Origin: a virus
Lineage: Duplodnaviria; Heunggongvirae; Uroviricota; Caudoviricetes
Direction: 5' to 3' (one strand)
Virus record (IMG/VR): IMGVR_UViG_2925891887_000001
Length of the DNA stretch: 64,000 bases
Position 1 is the stretch's first letter, and every line of letters begins with the position of its first letter. The position numbers were made by a program, and so were the translations under genes. The notes beneath the pieces were generated by a model. That model was not told where the DNA came from. It searched no databases and was given only the letters and a program-made list of their open reading frames with translations. Below, piece by piece: positions 9,165 through 20,600 of this stretch.

Positions 9165-10739
9165 ATGGAATTGAACGACAAACAAATTAAGGATCTGGTG
9201 GCGCGACGCCACCCGGAATACGAAAAGAAAAAAGAACATTGGGACTTCCTCGCCAGCACTTACGCTGGCGGGCGTGGTTGGTTTACAGACAATATCTTTC
9301 GTTACTTTAAAGAGGGAGATCAGGAGTTTAAGGAGCGAGTTGAACGTGCTTATCGCTTCAACCACACTCGTGAGGTGGTAAACCTCATCAACAAATATCT
9401 CTTTAAAGAAGACATTCATAGAAATATCGAAGAGGCACCAGAGCAGATCCGCAATTTCTGGAAACGTGCGACTCGCCAGAATGCCTCTATTGACTCATTT
9501 ATGGCCGCTATTGATTTGCAGTCGTCTATTTACGGTCGCATATGGGTTGTTGTCGATAGCACGATGAGTGGTGATGTTGAGTCAGTAGCTGACGAGAAAA
9601 AGAAAGATGCTCGCGCCTACGCCTACTGGATTTCACCTCAGCAAATGCTGGATGTGGCATGGGACGACGACGGGAATATGTTGTGGGCGTTAATTGTGGA
9701 AGTCGCTCGTGATGACGCAGATCCTTTTACTTCTACAGGTCAGGAATACCAACGTTATCGTCTGTGGACACAAAACGAGTGGTATCTGTTCCGTGAGGAA
9801 GTGAAGAAGGGCGCTGGTGGAGCAGGTCGCCGTCAGGCAAAAGTTATTTTAGAGGATAGCGGTGAGCATAATCTCGGCGTAGTTCCTGTGTTTCCTGTTG
9901 ATTGTATTGGAGAAAGTGAATCACCGTATTTCAGCCCATCGTTGATCGATGATATCGCTTATCTTGATCGTGCGGTTGCAAACTATCTGTCAAACCTTGA
10001 TGCCATTATTCAGGATCAGACATTTAGCCAGTTGGCTATACCGGTACAGTCGCTTTTACCTGGTGATGAAAACCACACTAAAGTGCTTGAAATGGGCACA
10101 AAGCGAGTCTTCACCTACGATTCTGAAGGTGGAAACCAGCCGTTTTATCTGTCACCAGACCCGAAACAAGCTCAGATGATCATCACTACGATTAAGACGG
10201 TGATTAACGAAATCTACCATTCAGTTGGTGTAGCTGGTGAGCGAACGAAGCAGGACAACGCACAGGGAATCGATAATTCATCTGGTGCCGCAAAAATGTA
10301 TGACTTCCAGCGTGTAAATAGCTTGCTTGTCACAAAAGCAGAGCGTCTGGAAAGGGCTGAACGCCAAATCATGCTACTGGTTGCGAAATGGATGGGGGCA
10401 GATCTGGACGAAGACCACTCTTTAATTGCGTATCCAGAAAGTTTCGATATTCGTGGCCTTACTGATGAATTTTCTGTTGCCGAGAAACTGTCATTACTTC
10501 AGGCACCGGACTCTGTACGTCGTCACCAGATGGAAATGCTTATTGAGAAGATTTTCCCGAACATTACTGAGGCGATGAAAAAGGAATTTGATAAAGATCT
10601 CTTGAATTTTCCTCCAAAAAATGATCTAAATACCCTTGAAAATAAGTCAGTACTTACTTATGATCGTGGTGCAGCCCAAGAAAGCGGGCAAGATCAACCC
10701 CGAGGGAATGGGGACTCATCTACTCAAGAGAACGAGTGA
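9165..10739 (+). CDS. Portal protein
   Basis: 524-aa protein directly after terminase; size and position typical of portal. Confidence 0.7.
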   Translation: MELNDKQIKDLVARRHPEYEKKKEHWDFLASTYAGGRGWFTDNIFRYFKEGDQEFKERVERAYRFNHTREVVNLINKYLFKEDIHRNIEEAPEQIRNFWKRATRQNASIDSFMAAIDLQSSIYGRIWVVVDSTMSGDVESVADEKKKDARAYAYWISPQQMLDVAWDDDGNMLWALIVEVARDDADPFTSTGQEYQRYRLWTQNEWYLFREEVKKGAGGAGRRQAKVILEDSGEHNLGVVPVFPVDCIGESESPYFSPSLIDDIAYLDRAVANYLSNLDAIIQDQTFSQLAIPVQSLLPGDENHTKVLEMGTKRVFTYDSEGGNQPFYLSPDPKQAQMIITTIKTVINEIYHSVGVAGERTKQDNAQGIDNSSGAAKMYDFQRVNSLLVTKAERLERAERQIMLLVAKWMGADLDEDHSLIAYPESFDIRGLTDEFSVAEKLSLLQAPDSVRRHQMEMLIEKIFPNITEAMKKEFDKDLLNFPPKNDLNTLENKSVLTYDRGAAQESGQDQPRGNGDSSTQENE

Positions 10740-10760
10740 TAAGTAACAAAAGGAATTTTT

Positions 10761-11648
10761 ATGAATCTGTGGCAAATGCTTTTGGCCCGTCGTGGTCTGA
10801 TGGATGTCGCTGAAGCGCATGAGCGTGGAGGCGCTGGCGGTGTAGCTGCTGATAATGAGCAGAGCACACAAGATCCTGACAAACAGGGTGAACAAAAAGA
10901 GCAGCCGAAGGGCGATGACGAATACGCTGGCATGACTCAGGAAGAGTTACTGGCCGAACTTCGTAAAACCAAGAAAGCTGGTGCTGAACTGCTGAAGGAG
11001 AACATGAAGCGCAAAGAGAAAGAGCGCACATTGGCCGATCAGCTTGCTCAGTACGGTGATATCGACCCGGCGCGTGCTCGCCAGCTTTTAGAAGCTGAAC
11101 AGGCCGCAGAAAATGCACGTCGTGAGGCGGAGCAAGCTGAACTGGAGCGTCGTGGTGAGTTCGATGCTGTTAAAAAACAGATGATCGAAGCACACCAGGC
11201 AGAGCTGGCACAGCGTGACGAACGTTATACAGCACTGGAAAGTGAAAACGCATCACTGAAATCTCAATTAGTCGAGATGACCGTGGGCGCTTCCTTCAGT
11301 AACTCTCTCTTCCTACGTGACAAAGTTCTGATGACCCCGGCAAAAGCCCGCGTGATCTACGGTTCTCATTTTGAAGTGGGTGAAGACGGTAGCGTAGTGG
11401 GTTATGACAAACCGGCAGGTCATAAAGAACGAGCTGTTCTGGTTGACGGTGAAGGTAAGCCGTTGCCGTTTGAATCCGCGATTGAACGCATTGTGCGGGC
11501 AGATCCGGAAGCTGACGCATTGATGCGTAGCGAAGCCAAGCAGGGTGTAGGCTCACATTCCAAATCGACCTACACAATATCCCAACCGAAGAACAAGTCG
11601 ACTATGGATAAGTTGGCCTCCGGTCTGGGGAAAATTGGACTTAAGTAA
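10761..11648 (+). CDS. Scaffolding protein (putative)
   Basis: Charged, coiled-coil-like sequence (EAEQAAENARREAEQAELERRGE) between portal and capsid genes. Confidence 0.55.
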   Translation: MNLWQMLLARRGLMDVAEAHERGGAGGVAADNEQSTQDPDKQGEQKEQPKGDDEYAGMTQEELLAELRKTKKAGAELLKENMKRKEKERTLADQLAQYGDIDPARARQLLEAEQAAENARREAEQAELERRGEFDAVKKQMIEAHQAELAQRDERYTALESENASLKSQLVEMTVGASFSNSLFLRDKVLMTPAKARVIYGSHFEVGEDGSVVGYDKPAGHKERAVLVDGEGKPLPFESAIERIVRADPEADALMRSEAKQGVGSHSKSTYTISQPKNKSTMDKLASGLGKIGLK

Positions 11649-11673
11649 CATCTAAATCAAAGGGAATTGATAG

Positions 11674-12549
11674 ATGCCATTACTGCGTGAAGAAGCTGAA
11701 AAGCTGTCTAACAACGAACTTGAACAGGGTGTGATCGAAACTATCATCGATCGCGATGACCTGTTTGCCATCCTGCCTTTTATGAAAATTAATTCAAAGG
11801 CATATCTGTACAACCGTGAAAAAACGCTGAGCGAAGCTACTTTCATTGATGTGAACGACACCATCACCGAAGGTGCAGCAACCTTCGAAGAGAAAGTTGC
11901 GAAGCTGCGCATTCTGGCTGGCGACGTTGACGTCGACAAATTCCTGGCTACCACTATGGCTGATACCAACAACCAGCTGGCTATCCAGGTTCGTCAGAAA
12001 GTCAAAGGTCTGGCTCGTGCCTTCCGTCGCAATCTGATTGTTGGCGACTCCACCACTAACAACAAGGCGTTTGACGGCATTCCACGCCTGATGCACGCAG
12101 ATCAGAAGATCGATATCGCCGGTGCATCTATGACTTTCTCCATGTTCGACGAACTGGTCGATGCGGTGAAAGATCTTGGTGCTGACTGCATCATGATGCG
12201 TTCAGAGCACCTGCGTGCTTACCGTGCGCTGCTGCGTACAGTAAACGTAGGTCCGTCTGAAATCATGATGGAGAACTTCGGTCGTCCGATGCTGTGCCAT
12301 AACGACGTTCCGTTTATCGTAAACGACTTCATTCCGACCGATGCTGGCAAAGCAAGCATCTACTGCCTGCATCTGTCAGAAGAGAACGGCGTTACTGGTC
12401 TGTATGGCGGCGACAACGCAGGTATCGTTGTTGAAAACATTGGTACTGTACAGAACAAAGACGCAGTACGTACCCGTGTGAAGTGGTACTGCTCTCTGGC
12501 GAATAAGCACGATAAGGCTATCGCTGCACTGACCAATGTAAAAATTTAA
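11674..12549 (+). CDS. Major capsid protein
   Basis: 291-aa protein after scaffold, followed by a strong intrinsic terminator. Confidence 0.65.
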   Translation: MPLLREEAEKLSNNELEQGVIETIIDRDDLFAILPFMKINSKAYLYNREKTLSEATFIDVNDTITEGAATFEEKVAKLRILAGDVDVDKFLATTMADTNNQLAIQVRQKVKGLARAFRRNLIVGDSTTNNKAFDGIPRLMHADQKIDIAGASMTFSMFDELVDAVKDLGADCIMMRSEHLRAYRALLRTVNVGPSEIMMENFGRPMLCHNDVPFIVNDFIPTDAGKASIYCLHLSEENGVTGLYGGDNAGIVVENIGTVQNKDAVRTRVKWYCSLANKHDKAIAALTNVKI

Positions 12550-12583
12550 TCAGTGTTGTAGATAAGTAATTATCTATGTTTAA

Positions 12584-12609
12584 GGGTGGGCTATACGCCC
12601 ACCCTTTTT
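12584..12609 (+). terminator. Rho-independent terminator after capsid gene
   Basis: gggtgggc-tata-gcccaccc stem-loop followed by TTTTT. Confidence 0.75.
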
Positions 12610-12622
12610 GTAGGAGCAAGAA

Positions 12623-13543
12623 ATGCCAGAACAAAAGATGAAGATTACGGAAGAGGCATTTTCGGATTTTACGGGGCATATGTGCCGCGCCGGATTTACC
12701 AATTCTATCTCCGATGAACCTTTAACCGAGCGGCAACAAAGTCAGCTATCTGCTTGTTTGCAGGCGGTTCCCTTCTCCCAATCCGTAAACATAACTCCGG
12801 CTTCACCATCAGTTTTGGTTGGGAAAACTGTTCAACTTAGTGCAGGTATTAGTATGGGTAAGAGTGCCAGTTCATTTACCTGGAAGTCAGCCAATGATCA
12901 AATTGCAACCGTTAACGGCACTGGATTAGTAACTGGCGTAGCCCCAGGCAAAGTGAAAATTACCGCAACTGATCAGGAAACCCAGCTTTCCGCGTCAGTG
13001 GAAGTCACCGTAAATCCGGTAGCCGTTAAATCCGTAACGGTAACGCCAGACTCAACCTCTGTTGAGAAAGGGAAATCAGTCAGTCTGAAAGCGAATGTTC
13101 AGCCGTCAAATGCGACGAATAAGGCAGTTACCTGGTCTTCCAAAAATGAAGACAAGGCAACGGTAGACCAGAGCGGGAACGTTACTGGTGTAGAAGTTGG
13201 CACTGCGACGATTGAGATCGTTTCCCAAGATGGCAGCAAAAAGGCAACTGCAACGGTGGAAGTAACTGCGCCTGTTGTGGCTGTTACCGGCGTCGAAATC
13301 GACCCAAATAGCACAACCGTTGAGGCAAACAAAACTGTTCAGCTGACCGCAAATGTCGAGCCGGCAGGAGCCACAAATAAAACCGTTACTTGGGAATCCA
13401 AAAATACCGAGTTTGCAACGGTGGACAGCGAAACCGGTGTTGTAACTGGTGTTGCGGCTGGTACTGCCACAATCGAGGTTACTACCCAAGATGGTAGCCA
13501 CAAAGCGACAGCGACCGTAGAGGTCACTGCCGCACAGGAATAA
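12623..13543 (+). CDS. Ig-like (Big_2) repeat protein, probable head decoration protein
   Basis: Three tandem Big_2-like units (VTWSSKNEDKATVDQSGNVTGV...; VTWESKNTEFATVDSETGVVTGV...); position after capsid gene. Confidence 0.6.
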   Translation: MPEQKMKITEEAFSDFTGHMCRAGFTNSISDEPLTERQQSQLSACLQAVPFSQSVNITPASPSVLVGKTVQLSAGISMGKSASSFTWKSANDQIATVNGTGLVTGVAPGKVKITATDQETQLSASVEVTVNPVAVKSVTVTPDSTSVEKGKSVSLKANVQPSNATNKAVTWSSKNEDKATVDQSGNVTGVEVGTATIEIVSQDGSKKATATVEVTAPVVAVTGVEIDPNSTTVEANKTVQLTANVEPAGATNKTVTWESKNTEFATVDSETGVVTGVAAGTATIEVTTQDGSHKATATVEVTAAQE

Positions 13544-13587
13544 CCGATATTGGGCGGCGAAAGCCGCCCAAGAGGAGAGAAAGCGTT

Positions 13588-14022
13588 ATGAAACCAGCAA
13601 AAATTGTTTTATTAGAACCGCAATTTTCCGGTTATTCGGGAATGCTGTGTGGCGTTCAGTTCGAGAACGGGGTATCCGTAGCGGAGTTGCCTTTTATCGA
13701 TCAGCAAAGGATTTGTGCCTCAATGCGAGCATCAACAGTCGAGGGCAAAAATGTTTCTCCGTCTGCCGCATACAGTGATCGTGGCGAGTTGACCGCAGAC
13801 CTGATTACCGAGCCAGCAGCACCTGGCATTGTGCCAATGAAACGTGGGACACCAGATGAACCGGCCAAACAGATCCAGACTTTCACACGAGAAGAGTTGG
13901 AGTCAATTGCAGACAATGAAGGCATTGCCGGTCTACGTGTGATTGGTAATCAGGTTGGTGTCAAAGCGAAAGGAATTGTCGAGATGATTGAAGGCATCCT
14001 GAAAGCACAAGGCGGTGAGTAA
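13588..14022 (+). CDS. Hypothetical head/connector protein
   Basis: 144-aa ORF in head-tail joining region. Confidence 0.4.
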   Translation: MKPAKIVLLEPQFSGYSGMLCGVQFENGVSVAELPFIDQQRICASMRASTVEGKNVSPSAAYSDRGELTADLITEPAAPGIVPMKRGTPDEPAKQIQTFTREELESIADNEGIAGLRVIGNQVGVKAKGIVEMIEGILKAQGGE

Positions 14023-14855
14023 TGGCGCAGATCGACTCGTATCGTAGCGGTGAAGCTGTTTCCCTTTCATTTGCCTTCAACGTGCTGGATATCGAATCTG
14101 CTACCTACACAGTAAAGGACAGCACCGGGGCTATTCTCGTTGATGGCGAGCCGCTAGAAATTACCAGCGGTCAAATGTCGATTCCGGTTGTCGTGTCGGC
14201 TGAATATAACCAGCTCTCTGAGAAAGAGCGAGATCTGCGGTACGTCATTGTGAAGGCTGTTGCATCGGGTCTGACGCATGAAGAGCGGCAAATGTATGTT
14301 CTGCTGAATAGTTTTGAACTGTCGATACCAGAACAGTCGTTTGCAACTGTCGCTGATGCTCAAATGCAGGCGATCGATATGCTGAATGGGGACACTTTGC
14401 TGTCGGATGGTGAAGGCTTAATGCGCAAGCGTCTCATTGAGGCTACCAGACGAATTAAAACTTTACCGTTCTCAATCCGCAAAATTCTACGTATCGACTT
14501 TGACCGATACGATCGCCCTCAAAATATGCTGAATGTGTATGACATTCCGTGGGGAGCAGATGGAGCGTACCGGCATGATTTAGTCGATTGGGAAAAGATG
14601 ACGCAGGAGAAGTTTGAAGAGTTCCCTGACTACTTCAAAGAAGCGTTGATGCTTGCCGTTGTCAACGAAGCGTGTGAGATCGCAAATGGCAATGATGTAG
14701 CCGCAGCACGAGAGGATGGCATTTTGTCAGAGTCCATCGGTGAAACAACCAACATGTACCGTACCGGTAAAGCTGCAAACGTGCATGTGGCTCGTAGTAC
14801 CTGGCGCTTGCTGGTCAGTTACATCAACAACCGTATGATTGTTCGCCGTGCGTAA
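14022..14855 (+). CDS. Hypothetical head-tail connector protein
   Basis: 277-aa ORF with start overlapping upstream stop. Confidence 0.4.
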   Translation: MAQIDSYRSGEAVSLSFAFNVLDIESATYTVKDSTGAILVDGEPLEITSGQMSIPVVVSAEYNQLSEKERDLRYVIVKAVASGLTHEERQMYVLLNSFELSIPEQSFATVADAQMQAIDMLNGDTLLSDGEGLMRKRLIEATRRIKTLPFSIRKILRIDFDRYDRPQNMLNVYDIPWGADGAYRHDLVDWEKMTQEKFEEFPDYFKEALMLAVVNEACEIANGNDVAAAREDGILSESIGETTNMYRTGKAANVHVARSTWRLLVSYINNRMIVRRA

Positions 14856-14934
14856 CGCCAGTCGCATTATTTACTTTTGGTCGAAAGGGTTTTTGGCCAG
14901 TAATGAGAGCGACCGACAACAACAGGGAGAGAGC

Positions 14935-15279
14935 ATGAATATTTCATGGCAAACAGAAATTGCGATCTACCGCTTTGGCGCAAAGAACGTTTACGGTGAG
15001 GCGCAATTACAATTCGTCAGGAAGACGAATGTCGGCGTGGTTAAGTTCGAACAGAGTAATGAGAAATCGTCAGTTCGTGCTGATAGCTCTGGTAGTCGTG
15101 GTAAGGCGAGTCTGGAGCTGTTTGATGCTGTGTTAGTAGTCCCTTTAGAAGCGGCTGTACAACTTGATGATGTACTGATCCTTGAAGGTCAAAAATTAAA
15201 GGTGTCCAGTGTTCATCGCCGCTGGGGGCTACGAGGAAGACCTGGGCATCTTGAAGTAGGGGCGAATATATGGGTCTGA
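14935..15279 (+). CDS. Head-tail joining protein (putative)
   Basis: Track ORF 14839-15279; likely start at ATG (MNISWQ) preceded by GGGAGAGAG. Confidence 0.4.
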   Translation: MNISWQTEIAIYRFGAKNVYGEAQLQFVRKTNVGVVKFEQSNEKSSVRADSSGSRGKASLELFDAVLVVPLEAAVQLDDVLILEGQKLKVSSVHRRWGLRGRPGHLEVGANIWV

Positions 15280-15743
15280 AATACGATGCGCATCAGTTCA
15301 AACGTGCGGGGAATAGACTCAACAACAGCCAGAAAGCATTTAAGCGATATCTTATTCGGGACATGGAAAAGCTGGCGCGTTTGGTTGAGCGCCTCAGCCG
15401 TGCAATGGCCCCGCTGGAAACCGGATCTCTGGAGACAGCCATCTTTGCCAGGGTGATTAAAGAAGGTTATTCAGGGCTGCGCATTGAGCTTTCTGTGTCT
15501 GGAGCAAAACCACGTCAGGGGCATCCGGGCGTAGAAGTCGGTGACTATGCTAAGTACATGGAGCTGGGTAAATACCGACTCGGTTATCTTTCTCGAATGA
15601 AGAACGTGACAAACCCACCAATTGCCGGTGTTAAACCCCGTGTTGGGCCACACTTTCTGGAAAGAGCGGTGGAAATTAGCGAGAAGCAGTTCTCAGAAGC
15701 GATTCTTGAGGCTGCCAGAAAAGCCGGATTTACGAGAGGTTAA
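15270..15743 (+). CDS. Head-tail joining / tail completion protein (putative)
   Basis: 157-aa ORF; position only. Confidence 0.4.
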   Translation: MGLKYDAHQFKRAGNRLNNSQKAFKRYLIRDMEKLARLVERLSRAMAPLETGSLETAIFARVIKEGYSGLRIELSVSGAKPRQGHPGVEVGDYAKYMELGKYRLGYLSRMKNVTNPPIAGVKPRVGPHFLERAVEISEKQFSEAILEAARKAGFTRG

Positions 15744-15744
15744 T

Positions 15745-16128
15745 GTGTTTATTGAAGCGTTTGCAAGTTTGATGCAGAAGGCAAAGATTGGCACGGTCGG
15801 GACTGACATTTTCTGTCACTACTTGCCTGCCAATGTGAAATCTGGCGTCCTGCTTATTAACCCAAATACCGGTATCAGCATCGATCATGAGCTACAGGGC
15901 TTTTACCACGAATCATTCACAATAATTGTGCGTGGTTCGTCAATTACTACGACGGTTGAGAAAGCCAATAAAATCATTGAGATGTTTCCAGTAGAGGAAA
16001 CGGAATCTGGTGGTGTTTATTTTCGACTGGTACGACCGATGGCGATGCCAATCATTTATCCCAAAAATGATGGGGCATTAATAGAAGCAGGCATTCCTAT
16101 TGAATTTGCTGGCTATTTATTGAATTAA
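15745..16128 (+). CDS. Tail terminator/completion protein (putative)
   Basis: Track ORF from 15622; probable GTG start after GAGAGG RBS, coupled to upstream stop. Confidence 0.4.
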   Translation: MFIEAFASLMQKAKIGTVGTDIFCHYLPANVKSGVLLINPNTGISIDHELQGFYHESFTIIVRGSSITTTVEKANKIIEMFPVEETESGGVYFRLVRPMAMPIIYPKNDGALIEAGIPIEFAGYLLN

Positions 16129-16202
16129 CTCAATTGGTAAGTATATACTTACTATTAGCGCAATGAATGCGTAGAATTAACGGAAAAAGGAGTTTTCCAT
16201 CA

Positions 16203-16949
16203 ATGTCTAATACCCATGTAAAAAACATCAAACTTGGTGCCTGTAAGGTGTCGTTTGGTGGTGTGGATTTGGGTTACACCAAAGGTGGTGTTCAGGTTGA
16301 AATCGCAACCGAAACGCTGAAAGTGACCGTAGACCAGCTGGGCCAGACCACGATCTCCGAGCTGATCCAGGGCCGCAACATCACCATTACTGCGCCGCTG
16401 GCTGAATCCGTGTTGAAAAACATGGTCGATCTGATGCCAGGTTCCACGCTGAGTTCTGGCGAAGATACCGTAACCATCACGTCTGCGCAGGGAGTGAACC
16501 TGATCGACGTTGCGAAAGAGTTGGTGCTGACCCCGCAGGATGCGACGGATTATGTTCTGACCATCCCTAAAGCAGCAACCGCGGGTAACTTCACCATGAC
16601 CTACCAGTCTGACGACGTTCGCGTGTTCTCAGTTGAGTTTTCCGCTTACCCGGACGACGCTGGCGTGTTGGGGAAAATGAGCCTCCCAAAGCCGGTTGAG
16701 AGCGTCACGCTGACCCCGTCTTCACCGACCGTAAAAGTGGGCACTAAAGTTCAATTGAGCGCAACCTTCACCCCGGCCGATGCAACCAATAAGACTGGCG
16801 TGTGGAGCTCTGATGCGACTGATAAAGCGACCGTAGATCAGAACGGACTGGTAACTGGTAAAGCTGTCGGTTCAGCCAATATCACCTTCACAACTAATGA
16901 CGGTGCCAAGAAGGCGACCAAAGCCGTCTCTGTAACTGCCGCAAGCTAA
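16203..16949 (+). CDS. Major tail protein with C-terminal Ig-like (Big_2) domain
   Basis: ATG after AAAAAGGAG; lambda gpV-like N-terminus (KLGACKVSFGGVDLGYTKGG); C-terminal Big_2-like domain. Confidence 0.75.
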   Translation: MSNTHVKNIKLGACKVSFGGVDLGYTKGGVQVEIATETLKVTVDQLGQTTISELIQGRNITITAPLAESVLKNMVDLMPGSTLSSGEDTVTITSAQGVNLIDVAKELVLTPQDATDYVLTIPKAATAGNFTMTYQSDDVRVFSVEFSAYPDDAGVLGKMSLPKPVESVTLTPSSPTVKVGTKVQLSATFTPADATNKTGVWSSDATDKATVDQNGLVTGKAVGSANITFTTNDGAKKATKAVSVTAAS

Positions 16950-17011
16950 ATTGTGATAACCCAAGAGGCCCATGGATGGGCCTCTGTATGAGTTTAAAAG
17001 GATTTTAACCA

Positions 17012-17329
17012 ATGACCAAATTACTCGATCTCGATTCCATTCTGCCTCCGAAGAAAAGCATCAAATTTGGCGGTCAGGAATATCCCATCGTTGAAATGAC
17101 GGTAGGTCTGTTCGTTTCCATCAAGCAGATGGAAGGCAAAGATCTCATGAACATGTCTCCTGTTGAGCAAGTGACAGCTTATGCAGATCTGGTTCGTAAG
17201 GTTATCCCTTCAGTACCTGACGAAGTTCTTGAAAAACTGACTGTTCCGCAACTCCAGCAGATCTTCACCTTCGCTATGGAAGTGATTGATGAAGAAAACG
17301 AAAAAGCGGCTGGCGAAGGGGCAAAGTAA
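17012..17329 (+). CDS. Tail assembly chaperone (gpG-like)
   Basis: 105-aa acidic protein just upstream of tape measure gene. Confidence 0.6.
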   Translation: MTKLLDLDSILPPKKSIKFGGQEYPIVEMTVGLFVSIKQMEGKDLMNMSPVEQVTAYADLVRKVIPSVPDEVLEKLTVPQLQQIFTFAMEVIDEENEKAAGEGAK

Positions 17330-17679
17330 TTTCCCGCGATGAATCCGGGACAAGGACCGTCTCAATAGATCTCGGATTCTATTTCAGTCGTGTAGTTGCT
17401 CACTACGCCGTGTCGCCATTAGAGCTACTGAACGTTCCTCTCACGATGTTCTGGATGCTCAGTCGCAATATAGACCGTCTGCGTGCGGAAGAGGATGTCC
17501 GCAACTTACAAGTCGCTCGTGCGTCCCAGGCGGATGGCGAGGCTGTGAAGGCGTTCATGGAGGGTTTGCAACTCAGGATTGGAAGACCAGTCGTAACAGA
17601 TAAAGTCTACGATCCAAGCCAGGATAAGGCAGACCCTGACGCCAAAGAGCAACTGATGCAAATATTTGGCAGAGGATGA
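17293..17679 (+). CDS. Tail assembly chaperone frameshift extension (gpT-like), candidate -1 frameshift product
   Basis: The -1 frame is open from about 17293 through 17679, overlapping the end of the G-like ORF; A-rich run gaaaaag at 17300-17306 is a candidate slip site. Confidence 0.4.
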   Translation, partial: RKRKSGWRRGKVISRDESGTRTVSIDLGFYFSRVVAHYAVSPLELLNVPLTMFWMLSRNIDRLRAEEDVRNLQVARASQADGEAVKAFMEGLQLRIGRPVVTDKVYDPSQDKADPDAKEQLMQIFGRG

Positions 17680-17686
17680 CAAGGGA

Positions 17687-20600
17687 ATGTCACAAAACGT
17701 AGAGTTTATCCTGTCGCTGGAAGACAAACAGTTTACAGCGTCAATCGATCGTGCGGGGAAACTGCTTACTCGATTTGGTGAGCAGGTAACAAAGCCTGCT
17801 CAAAAAATCCAAACCTTTGAACGCTCTTTGGGTTCGGTCGCCCGTATCATTGGCGTTCTGGAAAGCAAGCTCGATTCTACGGCAGATAAACTACAGGATG
17901 TAGCTGCCGGTTTTGAGCTTGCTTCAGATGCTACGCGTAAAATGCGTGGCAACATCACCAGCCTCAATTCTGGTCTTAAAGCCCTGATTGAGCGCGTCGA
18001 TACGACAACTTCTTCAGTAGATAAACTCACCGCGTCATTACGTAAAGTGCAATCAGAGCTAAATGATTTCTCTGATTGGGCGACCTATGCAAGCAAAAGC
18101 GCAAGCCGCTTTGGTACGGAGGTCAAAGAAGCCTCTGCGTCCGTGAGTGGCATGAATACGCGCCTTAATACCACGACGAAGCGACTCAGTAATTGGGGTG
18201 TCTCAACGAGTCAGGCTGCCGAGGGACTGAAAAAGGTTCGTGAGCAGATGGACGAAGTTATCGGACGTCAGCAACTGATTAGCAAGCCGGTACGCGTTCG
18301 TACATCTGGAGGTAGCGATGGTGGCAGCGGGCGGCGTAGCGGCTCTGGCCATAGCGGTAAAAGTAACGAAGGAGGTATGTTCTCTGGCCTTCGTGGCAAC
18401 ATTTTCCTGCTTGGCGAGATCGGAGATGCAGCCAGAACGGTTACTGACATCATGTTTGGGTGGCAGAAGCCTATTGTTGAAGCTGCGGCCGAAATGGAAC
18501 GTATGCGGGTGATGCTTCGAGGGTTGAATAAGGAGAAGTCCAACCCGGGCCAGGCTGCCGCTGATGATATGAAGTACATCGTAGACATGGCTCAAAATGC
18601 GCCGTTCGCGATGCAGGCGTTAACAGACTCCTTCGTGAAGTTTCGTTCTGCTGGCTTAGATCCAACCGATGGTTCTCTGAAGGCGCTGGTGGACTCCGTT
18701 GCTCGTTTTGGTGGTGATAGTGAGCTGTTGAAACGTGCGGCTGTGGCCGTTCAGCAGATGTCCGGTAAGGGCGTTGTGTCAATGGAAGAGCTACGTCAGC
18801 AATTAGGTGAAGCCGTTCCTAACGCGATGCAGGCAATGGCAGACGCCGCAGGCATCACTATGGGGGAACTGACTAAAGCCGTTGCCAGCGGTACGGTTGA
18901 GGCAAAACAGGCGTTGTCTCTGATGTTTGTTGGTCTGCGTGCGGAGAATGAGAACGCAGCGAAAGACATGATGCAAACCTACACAGGTGCGCTGGCGCAA
19001 CTTCAGACGTCATTCACGTTATTTGCTGATCGGGTTGGTCAGGCCGGATATCTGGATTCTCTATCGAAGGGGATGAAAGAACTGGCTTCAATCATGAATA
19101 GCGCCGAAGGGATTTCGTTTGCCAATTCTTTAGGTTCGGGGTTAACAACGGCAATCGATGGGTTGCGTCAGCTTGCTCAATGGTTAGCAAAGAACCAAGA
19201 GCTGGTAATTAATCTCGGTAAGGTCGTGGCCGCGATGGTTGCGTTCAAACTGATGCGAGCAGGGATCATGGGGGTAGTTGGCGCTGGGAGCCAGATGGTT
19301 AGCACCTTTGCCACGATGGCGACCGCCATACAGACTCCATTTAACCTCGGCGCTACAGCAGTAACTCGATTCAATCGTGCGGCACGTATGGGGCTGGCTC
19401 CGATCCCCTCTCTTATTTTCGCCATCCGTGGGGCGATTACGGGGCTTAAAGGCGCTTTTGCTGGATTAACGGCGTTCATTGCAGCAAACCCTATAGGGGC
19501 AGCATTTACAGTTGCCACAGTAGCTGTTGCTGGCCTAATCACGTACATGACCATGCTCCGCAGCGAAACTTCAAAGGTCGTTGACGAGATTAGGAAAATA
19601 CCAGAGGCGATGACGGCGGCCAAACGTGCACAGATGGCGGAGTATAAAGCGCGTCTTGAGCAACAAATCACGCAAAAGGAACAAGAGTTAAAATCTGGCG
19701 AAAAGGTGGTTTATGGGCCGGGTATGGCCGGAACTACAGTAAAGATTAATCAGGATGAACGTAAGCGTATAGAAAATGAGCTAAATGACCTTCGTGAGAA
19801 ACGCGATAAAACTACTGGGGCAATTGAACGCGGAGACACTGCTGTAGCCAAACGTCTTGCAAAAGATGCGGCAGAATCACAGATAGAGAAAATACGGGAA
19901 GAGAATAGAGACTTTGCGGCAACATTCGCTAAAGCTCGTCAAGAGGCTCTGGATAAGATCCAGAAAATCAATGATGACGGTTCACTTTCAGATGACGAAA
20001 AGAACAAGCTATTGGCACCGTTACGTGAAACGGTAAACAAAAGCTATCTGGAGCCTGCGCAAAAACTGGTTGATTCACTTTCTTCTCGTAAGAATGCGAC
20101 CGAGAAGCAAATTGCGACTCTTAATGATCAGCTTGAAAAAGCCAAAAAGGATGGAAATACCGAGCAGATCCAGAAACTGCAAGGCAGTATTCGTGGTTAT
20201 CAGGAGCATTTGGAAGCCGTTGCTCAGGAGCTGACTCAGGCAGAGTTCGAGAGAGATAACGCGGCCAAAACTGGTAAGGGCGTAATGTCAAACCAGGGGA
20301 CTGTTCTTGGGTTAGGTACAACTGATAAAGCTGCTCAGAAGGCGCTGGCGCAATATATGCGAAACCAGATGGATTCTGCGACTTATCAGCGTACTTTGCC
20401 TGACGGCACTCCGATGATGGACTTCGAAGGTAAGCCGATTATTGGGCCTAAACAACTCAAGACGCAGCTTAATTTGCAGAAAGCATCCAGCGCCAGCTCT
20501 CTGGAGAAAATGAGCGATGAAGAGCGTGCCGCAGCCATTGCTGCACTGACTAAAGCTCGTGAACAGGATGCCGCAGCCGCCGAGAAAGCAGCCCAACGAT

